Source of the DNA: Dudresnaya verticillata
Taxonomy: Eukaryota
DNA length: 64,000 nucleotides
Assembly (NCBI GenBank): GCA_977862235.1
Contig: OZ374561.1
Coordinates: 1,860,001 to 1,924,000, forward strand
Direction of reading: 5' to 3'
Position numbers and translations under genes: made by a program. Each line of letters begins with the position of its first letter. Position 1 is the stretch's first letter. The notes below the pieces were generated by a model. It ran no database searches. It saw only the letters and a list, made by a program, of their open reading frames with translations, and was not told where the DNA came from. This document shows, in pieces, positions 41,560 through 52,329 of the stretch.

Positions 41560-43215
41560 ATGCCGGCCCGGCCGCTTCCAGCAAGCTCGCGGAAGGCCTT
41601 CCCTCTTCCAAAGCGAATTCGAACCCTGGCAAAGAAGAACATTGCCGACCTTCGCTTTGCCGCCCACAAGCCTATTTCCGTACCGACTTGCCTTTTGATT
41701 CTTCTCTTCATCCCCTTCTTCCTAACTGTTCTGCTATGTAGGAGGGTTCTTGAGATTGCGTCTAACGACCACCTACGCCATCCATACCTATTCCCTCTTC
41801 CCAACGATCCGTATCGCTTCTCAGCGCAATACATTGACCCTTGTTCGCTTGCCGTCCCGCTGGAGCTTACCCATTTCGACCCGTCAACTCGCTCATCAGG
41901 AGAGTTCAACAACTCTCTCACCACGGACGTCGACCCTCCCGCGCTTACCCGAGTTTTTACCACCTTCTTCAAGATCTATCTCTTCCAGCCAGGCTCTGAC
42001 ATTGTTGTCAATTTGAGCTCGACTGGCCGAGGACGCCCAACTGACGTCCGCGATGCGCTCATACACTCTCAGCGGGCCCTTCGCTTGTTTTATGCGGATG
42101 ATTCAATTGTCGTTCGCAACTACTCCTTGGGTTACGGTCATCTGGATCGTGTGCGAGGCTCTCGCTACGTCTTTCTTCTGGAGTCATCCAACGCGACCAA
42201 CCCCCGTCGCAGAGACGTTGCTGCTATCCAGCGCACCTTCGATGGAAGATGCTTCGTTTCTGTCAAAGAAGCGGACCGTCAAACTTTTGAGAAGCCAGTG
42301 TACATGGTAGTGCCATACTCAAAACGCCCCGCACGGTTGAAGTGGTTCCTGGGCCAGTTTGATAGATTGCGGTTCAAAGACGTGTCTGTGCGATTGATAT
42401 TGGCTGTTTGTCGGGAGATTCCGGAAGACATGCTAGTGGCAAACAAGCTGGTTGTTGCTATGAGTTCTTCGAGGGATGTCAAGGTAGTGTCTGTCCCGGG
42501 TGATCGTACAGGCTATTTTTCGAGAGCCGTTGCGATTCGCGATGGGTCTGCCCTTGTCCCGAAGGACAGCATAATGTTCATATCAGACATCGACATGTAC
42601 GTGTTCCCGTTAATGTTCGACAGCTGCCGCTACAACTCGATACAGAACAGTCAAGTCTACTTCCCAGTCTTCTACAGCCTCTACGCGGGCAAACAACGTA
42701 TTGATAAGAATGCGGGGTATTGGAGAGAATCGTCTCACGGCATGAGCTGCATGTATAAGTCTGATTTCGATACAGTTGGATCCTACAAACATGCTGAGAT
42801 GAAGTTTGTCGGATGGGGAGGTGAAGATGTGGCCCTAGCGCAGGCCTTCCTTAACGACTCCAGATACGAGGTATTTCGAGCTATCGAACCGGCGTTAAGG
42901 CACAAATGGCATGTCAAACATTGTGAACCGATGACTTCGTCGTACAAGGATTGCGTTGAAATTGCATTTCAGCAACTAGGGACGATGGCTAGTGTGGGTC
43001 GTTATCTTCTCGACAAGAAGATAGATACGCAGAGCTTGTTTTCAGAATTCGCCGATGAGGATGATGGGGGCAGCACTGCGATTGTTGGTGAGCAAAAACC
43101 AGATAGTGTCGGGGCCAATGGAACAGAAGCGATGAAGATGAAGCGAAGAAAAGAGCTGCTTCGGAGGACTCAAGAAGCAATAAAGAAGCGGAGGGCTAAA
43201 TATAAACACAAATAG
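41560..43215 (+). CDS. Chondroitin synthase / chondroitin GalNAc-transferase-like glycosyltransferase (CHGN, GT7), type II membrane
   Basis: N-terminal TM (LLILLFIPFFLTVLL), FSRAVAI, DxD motif DIDM, QVYFPVFYSLY, GYWR...GMSCMYKSDF..VG, GWGGED and H.WH..HC. Confidence 0.88.
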   Translation: MPARPLPASSRKAFPLPKRIRTLAKKNIADLRFAAHKPISVPTCLLILLFIPFFLTVLLCRRVLEIASNDHLRHPYLFPLPNDPYRFSAQYIDPCSLAVPLELTHFDPSTRSSGEFNNSLTTDVDPPALTRVFTTFFKIYLFQPGSDIVVNLSSTGRGRPTDVRDALIHSQRALRLFYADDSIVVRNYSLGYGHLDRVRGSRYVFLLESSNATNPRRRDVAAIQRTFDGRCFVSVKEADRQTFEKPVYMVVPYSKRPARLKWFLGQFDRLRFKDVSVRLILAVCREIPEDMLVANKLVVAMSSSRDVKVVSVPGDRTGYFSRAVAIRDGSALVPKDSIMFISDIDMYVFPLMFDSCRYNSIQNSQVYFPVFYSLYAGKQRIDKNAGYWRESSHGMSCMYKSDFDTVGSYKHAEMKFVGWGGEDVALAQAFLNDSRYEVFRAIEPALRHKWHVKHCEPMTSSYKDCVEIAFQQLGTMASVGRYLLDKKIDTQSLFSEFADEDDGGSTAIVGEQKPDSVGANGTEAMKMKRRKELLRRTQEAIKKRRAKYKHK

Positions 43216-44255
43216 ACTGTAAAGTACATTTGGTTCCCGTTCATTGGGGAATGCGAAACCTTGTATAACCTCTACGGAGTTGCACCAGCAAAAGGGCCTC
43301 GCATCAATGGGCTATCTTATAGAGTGGACCCATCGTTTCTTTTTCGACGTTTTAAAAACTTAACTTATTGCTTTATCCCTGTTGCTGATTAGTTCTGCTC
43401 ACTGCTATTGTAAAATGTAGCAAACGTTGTGAAAACTTTGTGTGCGTCTTCCGTCAGCTATGAAGAATTGTTCATATCCGTTAAAGCGGAATGTTTCTGA
43501 ATTTAGAGAAGCAACTTCGACGGGAAGATCGACGAGTTGTTGCCAACACGGACTAGGACCGATTCGAAACCGTTGGGAAACACGCTGGCATCGTGCTGCA
43601 GTCAGACCGTTGGCGACCCTTTGGGCACTTCAATTGTGCGATGCCACTACGGATACTGTACACAGTCCTTGGCGATAGTCCTACAGTAGTATCGTACACG
43701 ACCAAGGCTTTTGAAGCCATGAAGGCTACTTTCCAGTACACAACCGGTACGGTCCAAAAGGAGACTAGGGTCTGTGATTGTGACAATCGCGGTGACTCAA
43801 TGACACATCTTTCGACAGTCAATAGCCGTAGAGGTCACTGCATCTGCTCTCGGTGCATTGCTCCTGGGACCAGGGGAGAAGATCTGGACGGGGCTCACAT
43901 TCAAGTTCAGGAACAAGGAAAGAGCTTCCCGCATGCCATTGGGCTGCCTCAGCTGCCGTTACGCTCGTTCTGCCTGTGACGCCGTTCTTCCCTCTTTTCC
44001 GACCGTTCAAAATTTTGAATTCCCGCGGGGGAAATTTTGAAGTGCCTTGCCGCGCGCCCGAGGCACTTCATACTGCTCAACCTCTATGCGCTGAAACAGC
44101 AACCCGAGTACCTTTTCCGTCTTCCACTGCACTGCCCCTCATCAAGTACTCCCTGCTTCCCTGTGACCAGCTCAAGTTCTGGGGCGCAGCAACATCCCTC
44201 GCTCCGCTTCGACGCGTACGGAGTTGCTGAACTTCTGCAGTGACTATCGAGGAGT

Positions 44256-47200
44256 ATGTCTACGCCGGTGAAGAACGGACGTGGCGTTCTGTCGCAGCTT
44301 CCGAATGGTGTGGAAAGGTCTGCCTCGCCTCATCCACAGCAAAAGGGTAACCCGGGTTCCTCGCCTCATCCTGCTAAGAAGCCCCCCCTCAAGTTGAACA
44401 TTAGGCCCGAGCCGGGTAACCTTCCACTAGCCACCAACTCTTCGGCGCTTCCCCAGCATGGTTTTGTCCCAGCCTCTCCCGCGATACCTCGGAAGCCGAC
44501 TGTTTCTAGTTTGGCAAACAAACGTGCACGCACTTCACCGCATACAAAGCGCGTTTCATTTGGTGGCGATACCGTCAACATTATCAACCAGCACAGAGAC
44601 GAGTTTGCCTCTCCGGACGACGACTTCAGCGGGTCTCTGGGCGTTTCGTCTCCTCCAAGAAAGGTTATGCGGGATTCATGGGCTTCTCCTGGTAGGCTGC
44701 AGAGCCCAATGTTCGTGCGGGCAGACCCCGACCTTGATCCTCGCGATGAGGACTCGGAGAATGAAGACACTGTCACTATTCCGGACGTAAAAACGGCTAT
44801 CGCTTCTACATCGATGCAGGCAAAGTCGCTTCTGAGCGATGGTATGACCATGGCGCCTGTTCCGATGCAGGTGAAGTCTGCTGGAAGCAACGCTCGCGGA
44901 ACGCCTGTTCCCGTTCGGAGAAATTCCGTAATCACGAAAGGCGATCGAAGGTCCTTTGGGATCTTCCTCGACGATGATGTTGCCAGTGGCGACGAAGAAG
45001 TGAATGACGTCGAGGAGGGTGATAAGACTCGTCTGGACATGGGCTTCGGAAATAATCTAGAACCAGGCGTTCCTTCCTCCGATGATTCAGACAGTGATAT
45101 AACTCAGAATATCACTGCTCTTCTAGATCTTGAACGAGAAGGTGAAGATGAACCCACTATAACAATACGTCATCCGCCCCCTGCAGACCCAAGAGGTCCG
45201 TCAAACGCGTCAAATCGCCGGCAGTCCAGAGCGAGTTCTCGTAAATCGTTGTCTTACATTGTACCACAAGTGGATCAATCTCAACAGCAGGTGCCAACAG
45301 TGCAGAACAAGGGCAGATGGAGCCTCATGCCACTATCTGAGAATGATAACTTTCTTGCGGACAACAAGCCCCGTCGAGATTCCATGGTTGATACCGATGA
45401 GACGGTCAAGATTTCTGACTTCCTGAATCAAGTTGATGAAGATGAAATGGAAGAGGAAGCATTCCGCCGTCAGCAAACCGCACCAACTGTTTCTGCAAGC
45501 CCTGTTGTCGCGTTACCCAGGCCGCTACCTCCAGACAATAGACAATTGTTTGATTCAGCAGAAGACCCCACCATACACTTCTATCCAGAGGAGCCTGGCA
45601 ATAAGGGTGGGCCCGAAGTGGGGAAGAAAGAATCTCGCAACAGTCATGCGGTTTCACCTACGCCCTTGGATCACGGTCCAATGGTCAGAGAGGATGGGAA
45701 TGACAGAGAACAGGCGCAAAGTTCTTCAATCCCGCAAGGAATATTCCGAAAATCTCTTCTCAAGAAGAGCGTTGAGGAACAGCCTGTTGGCTTCGGAGTG
45801 TCTGAAAGCATATGGCCAACAACACCAATGTCAGCCACCGGAGAGCGCGTCCGGTCCCTTAGGGAAAAGGGTTCTAGCTCATTGAGAAAGAACCCTTTTC
45901 CGTCACGGCACTTAGCCTCCAGTTCTGCTATTGAGGCTACCGCAAACCTTGAAGTCCTCTCTAAGTTTAGACTTAGAGAGGATTTGACGGTTTGCGCTAA
46001 GGCCCTGAAGCCCAAACCTTTTACGGTCGCTGATTTCCTGCATGCAGGGAAGCTTGTCTTTGCTGGCCAGGTTGCTCTGGACAATAGAAGACCTTCGATT
46101 TCCCCAGCAATTCATTCGGTGGGGATTGTGGACCGTTCCGGTGTTGATTGGAAAATCTTGGAATCTGTGAAGAGAGCTAAGGTCTTGGAAAAGCTTCAGG
46201 TTGAGGTTGCTAAACATTTGCATGCTGTTGAAGAGGCTTCTGGGCGAGTTGCCTCTCATGAACAAGAACTTGTGCAGACTTGTCCACCTGTGTGGGAGAA
46301 GTTGATGAGTCGCTCTTCAGTTTCCCGTAAAGATCTGCACAGCATTCAGAACGGGTTGAAACGTCTTCAGAAAATCACCGCTCGTGATGCTCGACTTGCC
46401 TGGGCGAGGTCTCGTCAGGAGATGGAGGAAAATATTCTGAATGCACTCAAAAGTGTTTCTGTAGCTCTTCGAGCTGACACTGAGTCGGCAGCGAGAGCAG
46501 CAACTTCGTTTGTGAACGGTACGTCAGAATTTAAGAGTCGCTTGAAGGCTACGGGCCAGAGCATGACAAAGAGCGTAGCCGATGACGCAGAAACGCTTGA
46601 GAACGCCAGACGGCAGCTTCTTAGAGAATTCACTCGTGTTTCAGAACTCCGCCGAAACATCTCGTGCAAGAAAAAACTGGCCGACGAATGCCAAGCCAAC
46701 GTACAGCTGAACGCGCCGGAAAGGGAGAAACTCCTGACACGGCAAGAGACGCTGCAAGCTTACGCAGCAGCCAGTACGGATAACAAACTCAACAAGATGC
46801 TCGCTACACGAAAAGAGCTGAACACAATCGTTTGTGGTGTGTCGAGTCTAAGACCAACAAAAATCAGAGGAGACGCTGTTCACGTCATCCTTGCAGAAAT
46901 GATGGACCTTCACATGGAACTCAAGGATGACCGTATTGCGAAGGTAATCTCACGACCTGTGCATACTCTCACAGACTGTAAACCAGTTGCGGCACATTTC
47001 GTCGATGGTGCCGTTGAGCTTGTGAGGAAAGCATTCGGAAAATTCGAGCAAGTTCGACAGGTTTCATTTTACCTTTTTACCTGTTCAAGGTCGTTGGGTT
47101 GGGCTTGGACGAGATTTTTGGAAGCAGAGCAGTACTTTAGTGCTCACTTAGGTGGTATTGCTGAGGCTTCTGTTGATGGAGATGTGTCAAACTGCTTGGA

Positions 47201-47459
47201 CTTAACAATGCGGGCGTCCTTTTACTCCTTACGGGAACGGATGAAATTCGATTTAGAGGTCGTGGTATCCACCATATTTCCAGACCCGAAGAACAAATTA
47301 CCCTTCCAGAAAGTCAAAGGGATAGAAGTTACGCGGTTCATCGGAACTGCACCTTCCGATGAGCTTTTGGAAGAAGAAGTAAGAATATCGGGTTTCCAGG
47401 CAGATGAAAACCGATTCAGTGTATCAGATGCGTTTGGGGCAGTATGGAAACTCCTGTAG
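44256..47459 (+). CDS. Putative outer-kinetochore scaffold KNL1/Spc7/Spc105
   Basis: N-terminal KRVSF PP1-docking motif and a long disordered region with D/E-x-T repeats and Aurora-type RRxS sites. Spc7-like FTVADFL...LVF and ARDARLAWARSRQ, then a coiled coil and a globular (RWD-like) C-terminus. Confidence 0.7.
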   Translation: MSTPVKNGRGVLSQLPNGVERSASPHPQQKGNPGSSPHPAKKPPLKLNIRPEPGNLPLATNSSALPQHGFVPASPAIPRKPTVSSLANKRARTSPHTKRVSFGGDTVNIINQHRDEFASPDDDFSGSLGVSSPPRKVMRDSWASPGRLQSPMFVRADPDLDPRDEDSENEDTVTIPDVKTAIASTSMQAKSLLSDGMTMAPVPMQVKSAGSNARGTPVPVRRNSVITKGDRRSFGIFLDDDVASGDEEVNDVEEGDKTRLDMGFGNNLEPGVPSSDDSDSDITQNITALLDLEREGEDEPTITIRHPPPADPRGPSNASNRRQSRASSRKSLSYIVPQVDQSQQQVPTVQNKGRWSLMPLSENDNFLADNKPRRDSMVDTDETVKISDFLNQVDEDEMEEEAFRRQQTAPTVSASPVVALPRPLPPDNRQLFDSAEDPTIHFYPEEPGNKGGPEVGKKESRNSHAVSPTPLDHGPMVREDGNDREQAQSSSIPQGIFRKSLLKKSVEEQPVGFGVSESIWPTTPMSATGERVRSLREKGSSSLRKNPFPSRHLASSSAIEATANLEVLSKFRLREDLTVCAKALKPKPFTVADFLHAGKLVFAGQVALDNRRPSISPAIHSVGIVDRSGVDWKILESVKRAKVLEKLQVEVAKHLHAVEEASGRVASHEQELVQTCPPVWEKLMSRSSVSRKDLHSIQNGLKRLQKITARDARLAWARSRQEMEENILNALKSVSVALRADTESAARAATSFVNGTSEFKSRLKATGQSMTKSVADDAETLENARRQLLREFTRVSELRRNISCKKKLADECQANVQLNAPEREKLLTRQETLQAYAAASTDNKLNKMLATRKELNTIVCGVSSLRPTKIRGDAVHVILAEMMDLHMELKDDRIAKVISRPVHTLTDCKPVAAHFVDGAVELVRKAFGKFEQVRQVSFYLFTCSRSLGWAWTRFLEAEQYFSAHLGGIAEASVDGDVSNCLDLTMRASFYSLRERMKFDLEVVVSTIFPDPKNKLPFQKVKGIEVTRFIGTAPSDELLEEEVRISGFQADENRFSVSDAFGAVWKLL

Positions 47460-47550
47460 AACCATGGTTTTCTCCTGCATCACAGCATGTTATAAAGCCT
47501 CGTGGAGAGTTTAAAGCTTTGCAAGCAATCTAATCGCAGTTGCCGTTTAT

Positions 47551-48942
47551 TCAGATATTGTTAGTCCTATACTTCCTACTCTCTTTCACAAGGTCGCCCA
47601 TGCCGCTTAACAGGGGATTTGCGGCCCAGTTGGCCGCAACTCTCGCGCGATGGCGATCAGTAGGCATTCTTGCGAGGTAGGCTATTCGCCTTGCCGCCCA
47701 TGCGGCAGTGCCGTCAAGCTCCAAGCCGACAGAAGTGGTCACAGTCGCATTCATAGACCCTAGCACCATCATCTCCCCAAGGTGAGCGTACCGATACCTA
47801 AGCTTCGGCTTGTCCATCAATGAAGCCCATGAATTCCATGCGGCGTACTCTGCCTGCTGCACGGCCACTTGGGCCGTTCCAGAGTAGTTTCCTCCGGAAG
47901 TAACAGATGCAGCATCGCCAAGCGCGAAGATCTGATCTTCAAACCCTTTAACCTGTAGCAATGAGTCAGTGTCAATACGACCGACTTCATCCAAAGAGAT
48001 ATCAAAATTGGCCAAGGCAGTGCTTGGCGTAGATCCTGCCGTCCAGATGACAAGGTCAGCTGGATATCTTGATGTCTCCGTCGCCTCACCATTAGCTCTC
48101 TCCACAACGACGTCGTCTTTCGTCACTTCGGTGACACGCGAGCGGAAAAGAGTCACAGCTCCGTTCAAGAGAAGAGCTTGCTCGGCGTTCTGCCGATTGA
48201 AATTTGTACCGCTCTGCAGCAGGCGATCAGATGGTTCTACAATCATGACACTCGCAGCGGTACCCAGTTCATCAGCAAGACAAGACGCAATTTCCACTCC
48301 GCAGAACCCACCGCCAACGACAACAACATTTAGAACTTCACCGGGTGCCTTAGCTTTCCGAAGCGAACCTAAGCGTTCCTTAAGCTTTTGTGCATCTGAT
48401 AGAGTATAAAATGGTAGCACAAAGTCTTTTGCACCAGGTACTGCATCCAATCCAGCTGCCTGGCCCCCAATTGCAATCACCAACCGATCGAATGGTGCGC
48501 GGAACTCCTTATGGCCATCTACACCCCTACGGGTGCCCTCAACAGCACCAGAAGAGAGGTCTAGGTTCTCAGCACAGCCGTGGAGAAACTTGACGGAGCT
48601 GCCCTCGAGGAGGTCAACAAACCTCGGAGCGACTTCCCATTCTTGAACCTGGGAGAGGGCTAGTTCATACAACATTGGGAGAAACACAAAGCGCTCTGAC
48701 TGATCGATTAAGGTAATTGTCGGGCGCGTCAAACGCGTCCAGGGCAGTGTTGCCAGCCGGAGAGCGGTAGATACTCCCGCATGGCCGCCCCCAATTACCG
48801 CAATGTTCGGACGAAGAACGGCTTTAGTGTGAAATGAGTTACTTCGCGGACTGAGCGGCGGGTATCTGGATGGGAAGCGCTGACTCCCGCGGATTTGAGG
48901 GAGGCGCGCAACTCTCAAGAATGCTGCTGCACGCAACATCAT
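47551..48942 (-). CDS. NDC1: Type II NAD(P)H dehydrogenase NDC1 / demethylphylloquinone reductase-like
   Basis: GGGHAG..TALRL..LPW....P.I.LIDQSERFVFLPMLYEL...V.EWEVAP.F.DLL, VVGGGFCGVEIA, ADLVIWTAG, FALGDAA, TAQVA.QQAEYAAWN, LGEMM.LG and AYL.RMPT..HR..V. Confidence 0.9.
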   Translation of the reverse strand: MMLRAAAFLRVARLPQIRGSQRFPSRYPPLSPRSNSFHTKAVLRPNIAVIGGGHAGVSTALRLATLPWTRLTRPTITLIDQSERFVFLPMLYELALSQVQEWEVAPRFVDLLEGSSVKFLHGCAENLDLSSGAVEGTRRGVDGHKEFRAPFDRLVIAIGGQAAGLDAVPGAKDFVLPFYTLSDAQKLKERLGSLRKAKAPGEVLNVVVVGGGFCGVEIASCLADELGTAASVMIVEPSDRLLQSGTNFNRQNAEQALLLNGAVTLFRSRVTEVTKDDVVVERANGEATETSRYPADLVIWTAGSTPSTALANFDISLDEVGRIDTDSLLQVKGFEDQIFALGDAASVTSGGNYSGTAQVAVQQAEYAAWNSWASLMDKPKLRYRYAHLGEMMVLGSMNATVTTSVGLELDGTAAWAARRIAYLARMPTDRHRARVAANWAANPLLSGMGDLVKESRKYRTNNI

Positions 48943-49401
48943 TCAGGGATGGTGCCACTGTGAGCTCCTTAGCTTCCCTGGCACGAACAGTCTTCTTTCC
49001 AAGGCACTCAATCACGCCGAATACCTCGGCGGCGTGCAGAGAGAGGAAGGCAATTTATTGCCCAGCCCCTTCCACATTCCGAAGGGCGAGAAGGGCAGGA
49101 ACCAGTACAAAAAAAGTGATGATGATCCGGTGCGGTGGCAACGACAAAAAAAAAAATGTGAGCTCCACAAAACCCGCAATTGCTGGTTGCGATTGCATCG
49201 GGCAATTTGATGCACGGATTGCCGCACGTGTTAATGTGGACGCAGATAATCTAGGCGCAGAGTGACTTTGAAGGAGGCATTGCAGCGCCCATGACATTCA
49301 GAAGGACAATTGGGGATCACGTCTATAAGGAAACTCTGCCCCACCTTTACAGAAATGACCGGCACTAGTCTACATGGTCAGGCAATGTCTGGTATCCATC
49401 C

Positions 49402-50742
49402 CTAGCGCACCAGATTTTGCATTCCATCCACTATCTTCGCTGACACAATTCGGTCTCCTTTCTGCAGCCCCTTCAAAAAGTTTTCCCCCTTTGTTGTATA
49501 CCCGAAGACCGCCCAGTTCCCGTCCATGAGATTCCGCCCGGCTGGGGTGAGGTCTGGTTCAAACAAGAACCAAAAGAATTGGCTACTCGCGGTGTTAGGT
49601 TCAAATTCTGCCCTGGCCATGGCCATTGTGCCATACGAACTGAACGGCAGTACAGTCGCCGCCGATCCCCGTCCGTCCTCTTCCAACGTGACTCCGTACG
49701 TAGGCATCTTGTCCCCTCTTGCGAATACCTCCAACGGAATTGTACGAACCTTTCCGCCTTCCATCTGGTACCCCTCGCCATCCTTTGGCTTCCCAGCCTG
49801 AATGATGAAGCCGTCTGATCGAATCACGTCACTTTCATCATAAAACCCTTTGCTCACCAGGTCCGCAAACGACCCCGCGGACAAAGGCGCAGAGTACCCG
49901 TCCAGCACAATCATCATGCGCCCCTCAGGATATATCGTGCCATCGATGTCGAACTTCTCCCCGCCGGCTTTCTTTACCAGTACCTCCACCGTGGCGCGTC
50001 CCTTCAGCTGCGGTAGGTTGCTAAACTCATCCGGGACTGGGTACGGAAACTTGGTGACCATCATCTCCTCCACACGCCCCACGTCACGCAAGGCATCTCG
50101 GGATGCATTGGTGACCTTTTCCGCACTCTTCTCGGCAACAGCGGACTCGACATCTCCGACACGAGCCCCAACTGCGGCGAGCAGTTCCTCAGCCGCGTCA
50201 ACTTTGTCCGCTGGCACAGAAGCTAGGATCTTCGACTGCTGCGTGTTGAGCACGCGCGATGCGGCCTTGACATGACCGTCGACCTTCTGCCACTTGAGCC
50301 CGCGCAGGTCGGTGACAGCGGCCTCCAGCTCTGTTTGCAGCTCGCGGACGGACTTGTTGGAGATGGGCAGCGACCAACGGAGCAGACTTTCCGGGTCCTT
50401 GATGACGGTGCCGGAGGCTGAGAGGAACGAGGCGCCGCCGCCACGCGCAGCGTGTGCGGGCGGGATGAGCGACGGCAGGTGCGTGGACAGCGCGGCTGGG
50501 GACGGGTGGACAGAGAGGATTAGTGCCGCAGCCGCAGACGCAGCTGCGGCCTTGGCGACGTCGGCGATGGTAGATGCCGGCGGACGGTTGTCCTGAAGCG
50601 ACGCGCGGATGGGAGACGCAGACGGCCTGCGAGGCGGGGAGAGGGCGGAACTGCGAGGTGTGAACCGGGATGTTGCTACACCGACAGAGACACCTGCCGG
50701 GGCAAGGAAGCCCGGGGCATGGATGTGGCGGGGTGGCGCCAT
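49402..50742 (-). CDS. CYP38: Thylakoid lumen cyclophilin CYP38/TLP40
   Basis: Bipartite transit peptide (..PPAHA), KDPESLLRWSLPI.NK..RELQ, P.LKGRATV, LDGYSAPLSAG.F.DLV, RSDGFIIQAG, RTIPLE, PFSSYGTMAMAR.EFE....SSQFFW and DG.WAVFGY. The likely start is MAPPRH at 50742. Confidence 0.9.
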   Translation of the reverse strand: MAPPRHIHAPGFLAPAGVSVGVATSRFTPRSSALSPPRRPSASPIRASLQDNRPPASTIADVAKAAAASAAAALILSVHPSPAALSTHLPSLIPPAHAARGGGASFLSASGTVIKDPESLLRWSLPISNKSVRELQTELEAAVTDLRGLKWQKVDGHVKAASRVLNTQQSKILASVPADKVDAAEELLAAVGARVGDVESAVAEKSAEKVTNASRDALRDVGRVEEMMVTKFPYPVPDEFSNLPQLKGRATVEVLVKKAGGEKFDIDGTIYPEGRMMIVLDGYSAPLSAGSFADLVSKGFYDESDVIRSDGFIIQAGKPKDGEGYQMEGGKVRTIPLEVFARGDKMPTYGVTLEEDGRGSAATVLPFSSYGTMAMARAEFEPNTASSQFFWFLFEPDLTPAGRNLMDGNWAVFGYTTKGENFLKGLQKGDRIVSAKIVDGMQNLVR

Positions 50743-51278
50743 GGCAGGGCGGGGACCGGGTTGGCGCGGCGGGGCAGCGAAGGTACGGAGGGGGGCAAGG
50801 GGGAAAGGGTCGATGGTGCAAAGGGGGGTTCCATTGAAGGTGGGGAGATGGGAAGTGCAAATGGCGAGTTGAGATAACGGTGGTGGCTTCACATTGGGCC
50901 ACGAGCGGGCGCGTTGCGGTTCGAAAGCAGATCTGTGGGCTGCGAGATATTCCACGAATCTTGCAGCCAATTTCGACCGCGAAGATCTTCGATTCCCGTC
51001 AAGTCCTCAACTGCCGCGCGAGCAATGCGCAAGTTACCCGCTGCGACCGCCCGCTTCCATCTCAAGGTAGACACGCCGTCGTGCACTGTTCGGGAGAGGG
51101 CGGGGAAATGGAAAAGCTCTGCATCTGTTGGAGGAATAGACAGTCGTTCGAGCTCGTTCACAACCGACGAGGCAAGGACTCCCAAAATATACAATTGTCG
51201 TTCCGGTAAACTAAGAAGGATAAACTACCGAAGCGATCCCCTTATAAAACTTCGAAGCAAAGAGGTGTTTCTCAACCA

Positions 51279-51854
51279 TCACGGAAAGCCCTGTGGGGCA
51301 ATCGAGGTAAGCCAGCCCACAACCAGTTCAAAAGCCCAGTATCCCAACACAACATAAAGCAGCATAATAAGAACAACCGTACTCCAACCAGCCGCAGAGA
51401 CTTCATTGTTCTCAATCATGCTGGTCCCAAACACGGCATCAATCTCCATAAACGTACGCTTGAGCTCTTGCAGCTCGTGGTCAAACTTGTCATCGCTATC
51501 CTTGCTCACCCTGAGCATGCGCTCGCGCCTCGCCTTGACGCGCTCATACCACTCCCAGCGTGCCAGATTCGACCCGATCCACTGCTCCGCGAGCTGGTCA
51601 ATCTCCTGCATGGCGACCGCGGCCGCAGCCTCAAGCTCCTCATCGACGGGGTCGGGGACGCGGTGCGACAGGTCATGCGGGGGCACGTCGTCTCTCACGC
51701 GCTCCTCATCCGGCCTGTTGGCGCACGCGAGCCACGTCCGCCTGCTGCGCGGCCTCGCCGGCGCGCATCTGGCGCGGCGGGCCCTCGACGCGGGGTGCGC
51801 CACGAGCAGCGCGGCGCGCGGGAGCAGCGGCGGGAGGAAGGCCGTCGCGGGCAT
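51279..51854 (-). CDS. Hypothetical plastid-targeted protein with a coiled region and a C-terminal TM
   Basis: MPATAFLPP.. transit-like start, helical EQWIG.NLARWEWYE..K.RR, and C-terminal hydrophobic VVLIMLLYVVLGYWAF. Divergent from KEA. Confidence 0.65.
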   Translation of the reverse strand: MPATAFLPPLLPRAALLVAHPASRARRARCAPARPRSRRTWLACANRPDEERVRDDVPPHDLSHRVPDPVDEELEAAAAVAMQEIDQLAEQWIGSNLARWEWYERVKARRERMLRVSKDSDDKFDHELQELKRTFMEIDAVFGTSMIENNEVSAAGWSTVVLIMLLYVVLGYWAFELVVGWLTSIAPQGFP

Positions 51855-52329
51855 GTGTACGCGCGAGCGAGCAGCGGCTGCAACAACGGCGGCGTGACGC
51901 GCGCACGCGAGCGCGGGGGCGCAGGTGCAGCAGTGCACGCGGGGAGGGGTGCGCGCAAGAAGGCCGGCCGCGGGTGGAAGCGCGCGGGGGAGGACGGAAC
52001 CGTCGCGGTGGGCGGTGCGCGAGAGCCGGTCGCGCACGTTGGATGGCGCACAGATATTTCAGAGCGACGCGAGCAGATACGGCTCGCGTCCAACTGTCCG
52101 AGCCCACGTGGACAGGTCCAGATATGTGTCGATATGCTCCCACCCGCACGACGCAATGCCTCGCACGTCCTACGCCATTCGCTGCTCCCGCCCTCCGTCC
52201 GGCTGTCGCCCCGCGACCACCCACTCCTGCCACTCCGCCTTCGCCTGCGGCACCTTGCGCGCGTTGACGCTTTGGTATCACGTAGTCCCCCGCCCCTACG
52301 CCTCTCCCCGTCGCCGCCCCATCGCCCCC

